64,000 bases of DNA from Eledone cirrhosa (GCA_964016885.1 OZ024749.1:27218001-27282000); one strand, 5' to 3'. Shown: positions 1-12,955, numbered from the stretch's first letter. Notes: generated from the letters alone by a model not told the origin. Program-made: numbers and translations.

Positions 1-325
1 CCTTGTTTGTGTAGTTGGCCTCTGCATGTGTAGTTGGCCTCTGCTTGTGTAGTTAACTCTGCTTATGTAATTGACCTCTGCTAGTGTAGTTGATCCCTGC
101 TTGTGTAGTTGACACCTGCTTGTGTTGTTAATCCATCCGTGTTTGTGTAGTTGACTTCTGCTTATGTAGTTGATCCTTGTTTGTTTAATTGACACATGCT
201 TGTGTAGTTGACACATGCTTGTGTAGTTAACACCTGTTTGTGTAGTTAACACCTGTTTGTGTAGTTGATCCCTGCCAGTATAATTGACACCTGCTGGTGC
301 AGTTGACCTCTGCTTGTGCAGTTTT
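1..325. repeat. Degenerate ~19-bp tandem minisatellite (TGCTTGTGTAGTTGACCTC-like)
   Basis: Recurring GTGTAGTTGA core about every 19 nt. Confidence 0.85.
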
Positions 326-924
326 AAATCTAATTTTGTGCAGTTCTGAATTTAATTTTGTGCAATAAGGTTATATTTTATGTCAAATACTACAGCAGTG
401 CTCACATGGTGGTCAAAAAACTTAAAACACTCATAAAATGTTTAAATTAGTCATAAACCCTTTCTTTAACATATATAGTGAAAGACACTGCCTACGTCAT
501 TGAGAGGGGTTGTTTCATAAAACCAGAGGCAGTTTTGGATGGGTTGGTATCAGAAAGAATTTAAAATGCTTCTTCCTCAGACTCAGAGAATATCAAACAT
601 TGGGTCATGGCACCTAACTCAAAGATTCATCTAGTTCTGACACCCATCTTTTTTCCATCCAGTGGGTTTGCCCCATTATTTGACAATATTATTTAGTCAA
701 ATGTTACAGTGCAGCATCTATTTCTATTTCAATTTCAAACTAAATTTATTATTATTGTCGTTGATGTTTTTGGGGTTTCTTTTTGTATTGCAGATTGGAT
801 CTGTTCCTCCGAATGGTTTCTTAACAACAGACGTCACTCCAGAACATTCTAACTGATCCTGCCACCCATTTGGGAAATGTAAAGTAAAGAGACTAACAAC
901 AACAACAGCAGCTACTCTGGGACA

Positions 925-1058
925 ATGTTTTTATATATAATAAGTGCAACGATTCTGATCTGTTCTTTGTTTATAAAGTTGCCCCAGATTATGAAAATAC
1001 TGGAATCAAAGATGACCGCCAGTATCAGCATGATAGCAGTTTTGTTGGAGATGTGTGG
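925..1058 (+). CDS. SLC66A3: PQ-loop protein, coding exon 1 (MFLYIISATILICSLFIKLPQIMKILESKMTASISMIAVLLEMCG)
   Basis: ATG at 925; PQ-loop motif KLPQI and LLE; donor GG|GTAAGT at 1059; upstream acceptor TTGCAG at 793 implies a 5'UTR from 794; phase matches next exon. Confidence 0.88.
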
Positions 1059-2470
1059 GTAAGTTGTCTGTTTACTTATTGTGGTGGTGGTGGAGACTGG
1101 GTAAGTTGTTTGTTTTAGTTATTGTGGTGGTGGTGGTGGTGGTGGTGGTGGTGGTGGGTAAGTTGTCTGTTTACTTATTGTGGTGGTGGTGGTGGTGGTG
1201 GGTAAGTTGTCTGTTTACTTATTGTGGTGGTGGTGGTGGTGGTGGGTAAGTTGTCTGTTTACTTATTGTGGTGGTGGTGGAGACTGGGTAAGTTGTTTGT
1301 TTTAGTTATTGTGGTGGTGGTGGTGGGTAAGTTGTCTGTTTACTTATTGTGGTGGTGGTGGTGGAGACTGTGGGTAAGTTGTCTGTTTTAGTTATTGGGG
1401 GGGGGGGGAGACTGGGTAAGTTGTTTGTTTTAGTTATTGTGGTGGTGGTGGAGCCTGGGTAAGTTGTTTGTTTTAGTTATTGTGGTGGGGGTGGTGGAGA
1501 CCGTGGGTAAGTTGTCTGTTTTAGTTATTGTGGTGGGGCTGATGGGGGTGGAGAATGTGGGTAAGTTGTCTGTTTTAGTTATTGTGGTGGGGTGGTGGTG
1601 GTGGAGACTGGGTAAGTTGTTTGTTTTAGTTATTGTGGTGGTGGTGGTGGTGACTGTGGGTAAGTTATTGTGGTGGGGGTGGTGGTGGTGGAGACTGTGG
1701 GTAAGTTGTCTGTTTTAGTTATTGTGGTGAGGCTGATGGGGGTGGAGAATGTGGGTACGTTGTCTGTTTTAGTTGTTGTGGTGGGGTGATGGTGGTGGAG
1801 ACTGGGTAAGTTGTTTGTTTTAGTTATTGTGGTGGTGGTGGTGGAGACTGTGGGTAAGTTATTGTGGTGGGGGTGGTGGTGGTGGAGACTGTGGGTAAGT
1901 TGTCTGTTTTAGTTATTGTGGTGAGGCTGATGGGGGTGGAGAATGTGGGTACGTTGTCTGTTTTAGTTATTGTGGTGGGGTGATGGTGGTGGAGACTGGG
2001 TAAGTTGTTTGTTTTAGTTATTGTGGTGGGGGTGGTGGTGGTGGAGACTGTGGGTAAGTTGTCTGTTTTAGTTATTGTGGTGGGGTGGTGGTAGAGATGT
2101 GTGGGTAAGTTGTCTGTTTACTTATTGTGGTGGTGGTGGTGGTGGAGACTGGGTAAGTTGTTTGTTTTAGTTATTGTGGTGGTGGTGGTGGAGACTGTGG
2201 GTAAGTTATTGTGGTGGGGAGGGGGGAGACTGTGGGTAAGTTGTCTGTTTTAGTTATTGTGGTGGGGGTGGCGGTGGTGGTGGAGATGTGTGGTTAAGTT
2301 GTCTGTTTACTTATTGTGGTGGTGGTGGTGGTAGTGGAGACTGGGTAAGTTGTTTGTTTTAGTTATTGTGGTGGGGAGGGGGGAGACTGTGGGTAAGTTG
2401 TCTGTTTTAGTTATTGTGGTGGGGAGGGGGGAGACTGTGGGTAAGTTGTCTGTTTTAGTTATTGTGGTAG
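1055..2470 (+). repeat. ~40-50 bp minisatellite built from the exon-1 donor site (GTGG|GTAAGTTGTCTGTTT...(GGT)n)
   Basis: About 25-30 GTAAGT copies; the array grades into (GGT)n simple repeat to ~2850. Confidence 0.9.
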
Positions 2471-2854
2471 TGGTGGTGGTGGTAATTGTTGTGGTTGGTG
2501 GTAGTGGTGGTGGTGATGATAGTTGTGGTAGTTGGTGGTTGCGGTAGTTGGAGGTAGTGGCGGTGGTGGTGGTGGTAATTGTGGTTGTTGGTGGTAGTGG
2601 TATGGTGGTAATTGTTGCAGTGGTTGGTGGTAGTGGTGGTGGTGGTAATTGTTGCAGTGGTTGGTGGTAGTGGTGGTTGTGGTGGTGATGATGGTCGTAA
2701 TGGAGGTGGCGATAGTGGTGGTGGTGGTAGTAGTAGTGGTCATGGTTGTGTCTGTGGTGGTGGAGGCCTGTGGGCAAGTTTACTGCTTTATTTATTATGG
2801 TGGTGGGGATGGGGTGTGATGGTGGTGGTGTTAGTGTTGGTGGTAGCAAAACCA

Positions 2855-4190
2855 GTTAGTACCTGATACTCAGCAATGTCCAGTAGTGCTAACTTTAATA
2901 TTCTGATCGCAGACTTGGTAAGAGTGATGAAGAATGTGTCCCACATGTGCGACCCAACTAAAATGGAAAGACACATCCAACACTCCATCAATCACATGCA
3001 GTTCTCTGGCTACAACCAAAGAGACAGAATCAGAGTATACAAAGGAGCCACGGAGAAATATAAGACCCTCATAGAAATGGACATGAAAGGAATTTGCCCA
3101 TTATACAGGAGCAAATCATGGAATAGCTTAGATAGGACTAAACATAAGATAGGGAAAGCCACGTCATGGTATGACAACCAGAGATACCAGAGTGGCATGT
3201 TCGTGGATGCTACCTCTGGAGTGAAATTAGCTAAGCAATGTAGAAAGGCCCTAAGAAAGACCCATCTAAAGATTAAAGTGGTAGAAAAGCTAGGAACTAC
3301 TATAACATCCTGATCAGCAAGGCATACCCCTTTAAGAAAACCCACTGTACGAATAAGAAATGTGTAGAATGAACCCCCAGATAATTGTAAAACTAGAAAT
3401 GTAGTCTATAGCATAAGATGTACAGAGGGTACTTGCAGAATCATGACAATGACATACATAGGTGAGACAGCTCGAAGCATAGGAGAAAGAATAGACCAAC
3501 ACTGGGGGAACTAAAAGGACAAAAAAATGGTTCAGTAATATATGAACACGCCAGATAAAGACATGACGGTAATATAGACAACATAGAAATTAAAATAATA
3601 TCTAAGCATAGAAATGACTCAACAGGTAGGCAAATCAGAGAAGCAACTGAGATAAAAATAAGAAAACCAAAGTTGAACAGAAAAAAAACGAATGGAATAA
3701 CAACAACAACTATACCCAAATAAACAATACTAACCTAAGGGAAATATAAATAAATATATACACAAATACTATAACAACAAACACATATAAACACACATTA
3801 GTGAACAAAGATAGAATACAAAAAAACACATACTCAAACACGAACACACACATGAAAACACATGCGGAGACAGAGACAAGAATAAATAAATAAATAAAAT
3901 AAAAATGGCATAGGCATGACAATACAACAGGAGGAAACATAATACTACCACTGATGATGTCACAGATATGTGATGAAAGAACTTTGATAGACTATATATA
4001 TATATTTATATCTGTATTTTTAACCATTGGTCAATCAATGATAAACATTGATTGCCAGATAAATTAACTATGGGGATATAAAAGATACAGAAGCGAAAAC
4101 CAACCCAAACCAAACAGTGAGTGTGTTTTATTATTATTTCTGGCAATGTTATAACAATATGACTCTCCCCAAATATAACAATACATACTT
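2855..4190 (+). mobile_element. Decayed 5'-truncated Penelope-like element (thumb/linker, C-terminal GIY-YIG, 3' pLTR with hammerhead)
   Basis: ORF 2876-3313 (SGY..PLYR..W..KVVE), then frameshifted CKTRNVVYSIRC..YIGETARSIGERIDQH..RQIREA..LNRK.EW; hammerhead at 3945-3990. Confidence 0.8.
3945..3990 (+). ncRNA. Minimal type-I hammerhead ribozyme (degenerate)
   Basis: CTACCA-CTGATGA-T-GTCACA gata TGTGAT-GAAA-GAAC-TT-TGATAG. Confidence 0.6.
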
Positions 4191-4223
4191 ATTATTGTTT
4201 GTTTTTCTCATCTTTACTTGCAG

Positions 4224-4306
4224 ACATTCCCTTGTCCTGGTATACCATTTTGCCAAGGGTTATCCAGCCACTAGTTATTCAGAATACATCTTCCTTGTTC
4301 CACAAG
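4224..4306 (+). CDS. SLC66A3: PQ-loop protein, coding exon 2 (HSLVLVYHFAKGYPATSYSEYIFLVPQ)
   Basis: TTGCAG acceptor and AAG|GTAAAA donor; resembles the PQLC3 GYPxxxYxEYxxLxxQD segment; phases consistent. Confidence 0.88.
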
Positions 4307-4318
4307 GTAAAATAATAA

Positions 4319-4920
4319 TGCTTCTGATTTAGGCACAAGGCCAACAATTTTGGGAGAGGGGAAAGTCAATTAAACGACCCCAGTGCATGACTGGTACTTT
4401 ATTTTATCGACGCTGTAAGGATGAAAGACAAAGTTAACCACGGCGCGATTTGAACTCAGATCATAAAGGGCTGTAACTCTATGCTGCAAAGCATTGTGTC
4501 TGACACTCTACCAATACTGCCAATCCCCCTCCACAAGGTAAAATAATAGTAATAATAATAATAATAATAATTGTTTCTACTTTAGGCACAAGGCCAGCAA
4601 TTATCCAGTGCATTACTGGTACTTTATTTTATCGACCCCGTAAGGATGAAAGGCAAAGTCAACCTCGGCTGGATTTGAACTCTAATCGTAAAGGGACGTA
4701 ACTATGCTGGAAAGCATGGCGTCCGACCCTCTACCGATACTGCCAATTCATCGATTTCTAGTATGAGCACAAGGCCAGTAATTTGGAGGGAGGGAGGGGA
4801 AGTCGATTAATTATCGACCCCCATAAGGATGAAAGACAAAGTTAACCTTGGTGGGATTTGAACTCAGACCGTATAGAGACATAACTATATGAAGTAAAGG
4901 GTGTTGTCCAATGCTCTATT
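4319..4920 (-). mobile_element. Three tandem tRNA-derived SINEs (Meta-like central domain)
   Basis: Reverse strand shows A box TGGCAGTATCGG, B box GAGTTCAAATCC and GCCTTTCATCCTTACGGGGTCGATAAAATAAAGTACCAG; many copies in the window. Confidence 0.8.
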
Positions 4921-5170
4921 GAATAATAATAATTAAAAAACAAACTACAAAACCTCTATATTTATTACTTTTGTTATTTGATTTAGTTTCTATTCTACAA
5001 TCAATTATTTCGATAATATTCCATACCCTATCTGTACACAATGTGTAGTGAGATTGTAGACAGACTTTGTATGTGACAGATACACATACACATGAATAGT
5101 GTGAAGAAACCGAGTAAAATAAAACTTTCTCTGCTCTGTAAAGATAGTTTATAGTTTCTGTTACCTAGCT

Positions 5171-5317
5171 CAACGGTCGCCAAACTTTCAGACCATTAAA
5201 TTCGTAATTTTAAATTCCGCGGACCACTAATGTGAAGTTTTTTTAAAAGATGAATAAATTAAAATTTTTCTATGGACCACCAAAATTTTCTCATGGATCA
5301 CTGGTTGGTGACTGCTG
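5171..5317. mobile_element. hAT-type MITE inserted in an RTE fragment (5140-5640)
   Basis: Imperfect TIRs CAACGGTCGCCAA / TTGGTGACTGCTG; 8-bp TSD ACCTAGCT/ACCTAGGT; flanks rejoin as RTE SFCYLGD. Confidence 0.65.
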
Positions 5318-5796
5318 ACCTAGGTGACTGAATTAGCAGTGGAGGAGAGTGCTCTGAGATTGTTCAGAGCTAGAATTAGAACAAGATGGATGAAGTTCAA
5401 GGAGCTACTACCTCTGTTGACAATGAAAGGTTTCTTCTGTGAAGGAAAGGGCAGCTGTATGTTGCATGGCTGTGACGTTGCATGAGGATATGTGTAGAGT
5501 GGAGAGAAATGAAGTGAGCATGCTCAATGGATGTGCAATGCTAATGTACGTGAACGATGAAGCGGGAATGAACTGAGAGAGAGAGACTGAGTATAAGAGA
5601 AATCAAATATAGTGGGCAAGAGAGGAGAGTGTGCTGGTATGATGATGATGATGATTATGATTATGACGATAATGATGGTGATTATGACGATGATGATGAT
5701 ATATTGTTTACATAATTACATACTTTTATATTTTTGTTTTTGTATATTTATCATATATATATATATGTGTGTATATTTATACATTGTCTATTACAG

Positions 5797-5869
5797 ATAT
5801 AATTCTTGTGAGTATTTTGATCTACTTCAGGAATTTATTTGACATGAGGCTGTTAATTGAATTTATAGT
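5797..5869 (+). CDS. SLC66A3: PQ-loop protein, coding exon 3 (DIILVSILIYFRNLFDMRLLIEFIV)
   Basis: TTACAG acceptor; ends at U12 donor GTATCCTTTT; continues the QD motif in frame. Confidence 0.85.
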
Positions 5870-6592
5870 GTATCCTTTTGAATTGAGGGTTTGATCTCCT
5901 CAGTGGCTTTATTATCATGATCAATAACAGCAAATACCAGTTATATAGTGAGGGTTTAGTAATTGAGAGTAACAAGACTACCCCCTGGTGGGGATGCCAA
6001 GCCATCAAATAGAATAAGTACCAGTTATATAGTGAGGGCAACTGTGAATAACAAGACTACCCCACTAGAGGGATGCCAAGCCATCAAATAGAATACATAC
6101 CAGTTATATAGTGAGGTTGGACTATTAGAGTGACAGAGTGAACACCAAGGCAGTGGAGAAGCACCAGAGGGCAGCCAAAGGCAAGATGGCATGACAGTCA
6201 GACCCAATATGGTACAATATGACCAGAGATAGGAAGTGATGGAGGTCAACCAGGAAGGGGTTCCTCCAATAGGAGTGAGGAGGCCCTGAATTTGGGATTT
6301 GGGGGATTTGGGAAGCAAGTGAAAGTAATAAGACTACCCTTGCCTCCATCTTGGAGGGGGTGTCAAGCCATCAAATAGAATAAGTACCATTTATATAGAA
6401 GAAGAAGAAGAACGATAACAGCAACAACAACGAGCTTTCCTTAATATGTATAGCTATCTCTTTACATCAATTATGTTAGACCAACACCCTAACCACTAGG
6501 CCACATACCTTCTGTTACATTTATAATATAGTTTTAATTTGCTATGTTAATTTAATACTGAATAAATTATCTTTCCTTAATTGTATGTATAG
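5870..6592 (+). other. U12-type (minor spliceosome) GT-AG intron
   Basis: 5' GTATCCTTTT; branch site TTTCCTTAAT at 6572-6581 lying ~10 nt before the AG; no polypyrimidine tract; reading frame preserved across it. Confidence 0.85.
5930..6400. repeat. ~78-bp dispersed tandem repeat (3-4 copies) inside the U12 intron
   Basis: Repeated CAGTTATATAGTGAGG, AAGACTACCC and CCAAGCCATCAAATAGAATA. Confidence 0.7.
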
Positions 6593-6659
6593 CTATTTCT
6601 TTATATTCTTTATGTTAGGGGCTAATATGTTTCCTGATTTTATGTTACAAGCAGCAATT
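6593..6659 (+). CDS. SLC66A3: PQ-loop protein, coding exon 4 (YFFIFFMLGANMFPDFMLQAAI)
   Basis: Follows the U12 acceptor; hydrophobic TM-like segment; donor GTGAGT at 6660. Confidence 0.85.
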
Positions 6660-7183
6660 GTGAGTATTGTAACTTTTCCACAGCTCTTCTTTCATTTCTT
6701 TATTAACTATTTTGATCCTTGAATCTGATCCCTGGATTTATGATACAAAACTGTTTATTTTAAGATGTTTATATATATCTAAAAACCTTCCATCATCATT
6801 TTATGTCAGAACCTTTGTTAAGCTATGTTCCAAACTTTAGCTTAACCCTATTAATACCAAACTGCCTGAAATCACCTCTGGTTATATCAAAGTGTAACCT
6901 TCCACCATAATTTAGTGTAAGAACCTTTGTTTTGTTATTTTCCAAATACCATCTTAACACTTTCACAACCAACCTGCCCGTAGTCACATATAGTTATATA
7001 ATAAAATACTTGATTGTTAAACATTATCTGATTTAGAACTTTCTATGGAATATAGAATCAATTCTATTTCATATTAGGGATAATAGTTATTCTCTTCATA
7101 CATCTACTCAATGCCAGATTTAGGACAAGTGAGACCCTGTGCTACTTGGACCCTGAAAGAGGTAAAAGAATTTGTATATATAG

Positions 7184-7221
<38 letters not shown>

Positions 7222-7339
7222 GTATATATATATATATATATTTGCGTATGTATGTATTTATAATAACATATATATAATTTTGTATGTATATATACTCTCT
7301 TATATATATATATTTGTGTGTATATATATATATATATAT

Positions 7340-7527
7340 ATAGGAACCAGTAAGACCCCGACAGCTGAGCTCAAGCCGTTTCGACGGCTAATTCAGAATT
7401 AGCCGTCGAAACGGCTTGAGCTCAGCTGTCGGGGTCTTACTGGTTCCTATTACCCACTCTACTACCTCAAGTATTGAGTACTTTGGTGCGTTATGGCCAA
7501 CCTGGTTCCTTACCACATTTCCTTCGT

Positions 7528-7530
<3 letters not shown>
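7340..7530 (+). mobile_element. 5'-truncated copy of the hammerhead element (cf. 15838-16026) with a perfect inverted 5' duplication
   Basis: 55-bp perfect inverted repeat 7340-7394/7396-7450; 7396-7530 is the near-identical reverse complement of 15838-15972; flanked by (TA)n. Confidence 0.85.
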
Positions 7531-7558
<28 letters not shown>

Positions 7559-7781
7559 GTATATATATATATATATATATATATTTGCGTATATATGTAT
7601 TTGTATATATATATATATATATTGCAAGCAGGGAAAAGCGGACGTGAAATGTTGATGATGATGATATTTTGATGATATTTGTGTATATATATATCTTTGT
7701 ATATATATATTTGTCTATATATATATATTTGTGTGTGTATATATATATATAAATTTGTATATATATATATATATATATATT

Positions 7782-7828
<47 letters not shown>

Positions 7829-7831
7829 TTG

Positions 7832-7873
<42 letters not shown>

Positions 7874-7877
7874 GTAT

Positions 7878-8250
7878 ATCATCATCATCATCACCGTTTT
7901 ATGTCCGTTCTTCCACGCTAGCATGGGTTAGACGGGTTGTCCTGTTGTGGGCAGTGTCCAGTCAGCTGACCTTGTCATGCTCATACGGGAACTTATTCTG
8001 GGTTGATTTCTACAGCTGGATGCCCTTCCTAACACCAACCTCATTTATAGTGAGTGCTGGGTGCTTTTTTCCCGTGGCACCTCCACGCCCACTTTGCAGT
8101 GGAATGATAGGGACCCCAGTTCTATCATCTCATTTCTACAGCTGAGTAAACTGGAGCAATGTGAAATAAAGTGTCTTGCTCAAGGAAACAACACATCACA
8201 CGAGAATTGAACTCACAACCTTTTGATTGCAAGCCACTAAGGCATGCGCC
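7878..8250 (-). mobile_element. tRNA-derived SINE with CORE-like box and RTE-type (ATG)n tail
   Basis: TCCTTGAGCAAGACACTTTATTTCAC box; tail CATGCTAGCGTGGAAGAACGGAC..(GAT)n; related copies near 9718-9990, 28140-28405 and 44080-44330. Confidence 0.7.
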
Positions 8251-8296
8251 TTTACATATATATATTTGTGTATATATATATATATATTTGTGTTTA

Positions 8297-8345
<49 letters not shown>

Positions 8346-8356
8346 GTATATATATC

Positions 8357-9350
8357 AAGGAAAACCGTGATATTGTCGGGGAGAAGTGTGTCTGTAATGA
8401 TGATGGTATATTTGCCATCACTGATACTGATAAGGAGGTAGCTTGAAAGTGTCACTACGAGAGGCTACTAAATGAGGAGAATAAGTGGAAAAAAGATAGT
8501 CTGCCCCAAATCGATCTAATAGAGGGACCAGCAGTACAAGTTGAAAGTAGTATAATAAGTAAGGCAATCAAATATATGAAGACAGGCAAAGCAGCTGGGC
8601 CTTCGGAGATAGTTGCTGAAATGTTGAAAGTATCTGGATCGGTGCGACACACTATGGTCTCCCGGATAGTAAACCAAGACATACAGAATGACTGGCATAG
8701 CAGCATCATCATTAACTGCTACAAGGGTAAAGGAGATGCCCTAGATAGGGGAAACTATAGAGGCATTAAATTAATTGACCAGGTCATGAAGGTCACAGAA
8801 AAAGTTATAGCACAACTAATCAGAGAGCGAATTGATCTAGATGAAATGCAGTTTGGGTTTGTGTCAGATAAAAGTACCACAGACGTTCTTTTCCTTGTAC
8901 GACAACTACAGGAGAAGTACCTAGCTAAAAGTAAACCTCTATACTTAGCTTTTGTCGACTTGGAGAAAGCCTTTGACAGAGTCCTCCGCTCCATTATCTG
9001 GTCGGCTCTTAGAAAACTAGGTGTTGATGAATGGCTTGTGAGAGCTATACAAGCCATGTATAAAGAAACAGTCAGCAAGGTTAGAATTAACAACAAATAT
9101 AGTGAAGAATTTAGCGTAAAAGTTGGTGTTCATCAGGGCTCTGTCCTTAGCCCCCTCCTATTTATTATTGCCCTTCAGGCTATAACAGAGGAGTTCAAGA
9201 CCGGCTGCCCATGGGAACTTCTATACGCAGATGATCTAACGCTCATAGCTGAATCAATGGCTGAACTAGAGAAGAAATTCCAAACTTGGAAGCATGGCAC
9301 AGAATCAAGAGGCCTTAAAATTTACTTGTCTAAGACTTAAGTTCTAGTAT
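8357..9350 (+). mobile_element. RTE-clade LINE fragment (RT domain)
   Basis: ORF 8576-9340: NYRGIKL, QFGF, DLEKAFDRV, GVHQGSVLSP, LLYADD. Confidence 0.92.
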
Positions 9351-9377
9351 GTAATTTGTATATATACAAATATATAT

Positions 9378-9434
<57 letters not shown>

Positions 9435-9626
9435 TACATATATAAATATATATATATATATGTATATATATACACAAATATATATATATATATATATAAT
9501 GAAAAATTTGAACAGGGACAGAACAGAGAGGCAGTACAATAAATGTTTATTAAATTCACGCTCAGGAGAGTGGGGGGTAGGTGGGGGATATATATATATG
9601 TGTGTGTGTATATATATATATATATA

Positions 9627-9703
<77 letters not shown>

Positions 9704-9717
9704 ATATATATATATAT

Positions 9718-10782
9718 CATCATCACCATCATCATCACCGTTTTACGTCCGTTCTTCCACGCTAGCATGGGTTAGACGGGTTGTCCTGTTGTGGGCAGTG
9801 TCTGGTCGGCTGACCATGCCTTGCTCATACAGGAACTGATCTGGCTTGATTTCTACAGCTAGATGCCCTTCCTAACACCAACCTCATTTACAGTGAGTGC
9901 TGGGTGCTTTTTCGTGGCGCCTACACGTCCACTTTACAGTGTGGGCTGGGTGCTTTTTTGCCGTGGCACCTCCACGACCACCTTGCGGTGGGGGGGGGGG
10001 GGCATATTGTTTATATGCTTCAGCATGTACCCATGGGAGGTCGGGTACCCTGTATTACTGCGTGACGCCAGAAGTCACGGTCGTGTGCCATTGACTTTGA
10101 GAGGTGTAGTTGGGTAAGGTCGGCTTTTATCACCTCATCCCAAGTCATCTTGGGTCTCCCCACTCCGCGGTTTCCATCAACTTCTAGTGCTCTGCACCTT
10201 TTTATGCAGCTGTCATCCTTCATACGCATCACATGTCCATACCAGCGTAATCGCCTCTCCTGCACGCAGCATTTGATTCCTCTTATGCTCAGTCTCTCTC
10301 TCAATTCCTTTATGCTTTGTCGTTCACGTATATTACTGTTACACATCCATCGGAGCATGCAGGCTTCGTTTCTCTCTAATCTACGTAAGTCTTCCACCTT
10401 CAGCGCCCAGGTCTCACTACCATGCAACATCGCTGTTCGGATACACGCATCATACAGTCTGCCTTTCATTCTGAGGGAGAAGCCTTTTGCAGCTAGCAGT
10501 GGTAGTAGTTCCCTAAACTTCTTCCATCCCGTTCTTACCCTAGTTATTGTACTTTCTGAGCACCCACCTCCGTTGCTAATTCGGTCACCTAGGTAGCAGA
10601 AGCTGTCTACTGTTTCTACAGGGCCCTCCCAGAGATTGGTGGTACTTGTTTCCTGTGGCTGTTTGCTTGCTGTTTCAGCACAGCTGCTGCATGTGAATCC
10701 TACATTCTTAATTAAGCTTCCTGAGATCCCGCTACATCTCTTGTGTACCCATTGTTTGCATTTGGGGCAGAGAATGGAGTTA
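9718..10782 (-). mobile_element. RTE LINE 3' fragment with 3'UTR and (ATG)n tail
   Basis: ORF 10020-10469: MLHGSETW, RRLRWYGHVMRM, GRPK.TW. Confidence 0.88.
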
Positions 10783-10842
10783 TATATATATTTATATGTA
10801 TATGTATATATATGTATATGTATATATATGTATATATATATA

Positions 10843-10900
<58 letters not shown>

Positions 10901-11219
10901 ATAAAATAAGGAGAAAAATACTGCAGGTAGCGCATAGATAACATGTAATAAAATGAGTCCCTCATCAGTGATTTGCCGACGATCATAGATATTTCATTGC
11001 ATTAAAAATCATATACCCCACGTCGGTGCAATAACTAAAATAAGTTATTAGGACAATTAAAACGCGTAAAGCGAGTGAGACAGGATAACAACAAAGAGTA
11101 TAGCTAACCGTAGGGGAATGAAACAAGCTTCATAATTATTCTGTTTAGCATAAGCTAGGTGAATATATGAGCGCTTTAGAAAAAAGACCTTACACGAACG
11201 AGGGCCATGTGAGAAGAGA

Positions 11220-11303
11220 ATGTGTATATATATATATATATTTATATGTATATATATGTATATGTATATATATATGTATATATATGTATATATGTATATA
11301 TAT

Positions 11304-11337
<34 letters not shown>

Positions 11338-11392
11338 ATATGTATATACACGTATATATATATGTATATAGATATATATATATATATGTATG

Positions 11393-11463
<71 letters not shown>

Positions 11464-11542
11464 GTGTATATATATGTGTATATATATATATATGTATATA
11501 TATGTGTATATATATATATATATGTATATATATGTATATATG

Positions 11543-11573
<31 letters not shown>

Positions 11574-11654
11574 GTATATATATATATGTATATATATATG
11601 TGTATATATATATATATGTATATATATGTGTATATATATATATATATATATGTG

Positions 11655-11685
<31 letters not shown>

Positions 11686-11694
11686 GTATATATG

Positions 11695-11725
<31 letters not shown>

Positions 11726-12178
11726 GTATATATATATGTATATATATGTATATTTATGTATATATATATGTATATATATATATGTATATATATATGTATA
11801 TATATATTTATATATATATATATGTATATATATGTATGTATATATATGTATATATATATATGTATATATATGTATATATATGTATATATATGTATATATA
11901 TATGTGTGTATATATATGTATATATATATGTATATATATGTATATATATATGTGTATATATATGTGTATATATATATATGTATATATATATATAAGTATA
12001 TATATATGTATATATATATATATAAGTATATATATATGTATATATATATATATGTATATATATATGTATATATATATATATGTATATATATATGTATATA
12101 TATATATATGTATATATATATGTATATATATGTATATATATATATATATGTATATATATATGTATATATATATATATG

Positions 12179-12225
<47 letters not shown>

Positions 12226-12284
12226 GTGTATATATATATGTATGTATATATATATATGTATATATATATATGTATATATATATG

Positions 12285-12320
<36 letters not shown>

Positions 12321-12358
12321 TGTATATATATACACAAATATATACATATATATATATA

Positions 12359-12403
<45 letters not shown>

Positions 12404-12418
12404 ATATATATATATATA

Positions 12419-12449
<31 letters not shown>

Positions 12450-12536
12450 GTGTGTGTATATATATATATATTTATATGTATATATATGTATATGTATATA
12501 TATGTATATATATATATATGTGTGTGTGTATATATA

Positions 12537-12583
<47 letters not shown>

Positions 12584-12635
12584 GTATATATATGTATATG
12601 TATATATATGTATATGTATATATGTATATATATAT

Positions 12636-12667
<32 letters not shown>

Positions 12668-12690
12668 GTATATAGATATATATATGTATG

Positions 12691-12765
<75 letters not shown>

Positions 12766-12924
12766 GTATATATATATATGTATATATATATATGTATATA
12801 TATGTGTATGTATATATATATATATGTATATATATATATGTATATATATGTGTATATATATATGTATGTATATATATGTGTATATATATATGTATATATA
12901 TATATGTATATACGTATATATATG

Positions 12925-12955
<31 letters not shown>

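Noticed and set aside
662-856. 64-aa ORF overlapping the acceptor at 793
   Set aside because: Intron plus 5'UTR of SLC66A3; the credible start is ATG 925
3370-3372. TGA at an expected Cys (CTNKKCVE*) in the Penelope endonuclease linker, possible selenocysteine
   Set aside because: The element has other stops and frameshifts, no SECIS was identified, and known Sec-encoding PLEs (Naiads) have an N-terminal endonuclease; simple decay is more likely
10955-11000. Minus-strand GAAA..TA-TGAT..ATCA-CTGATGA hammerhead-like motif
   Set aside because: Stems II and III do not pair convincingly; at best a degenerate remnant
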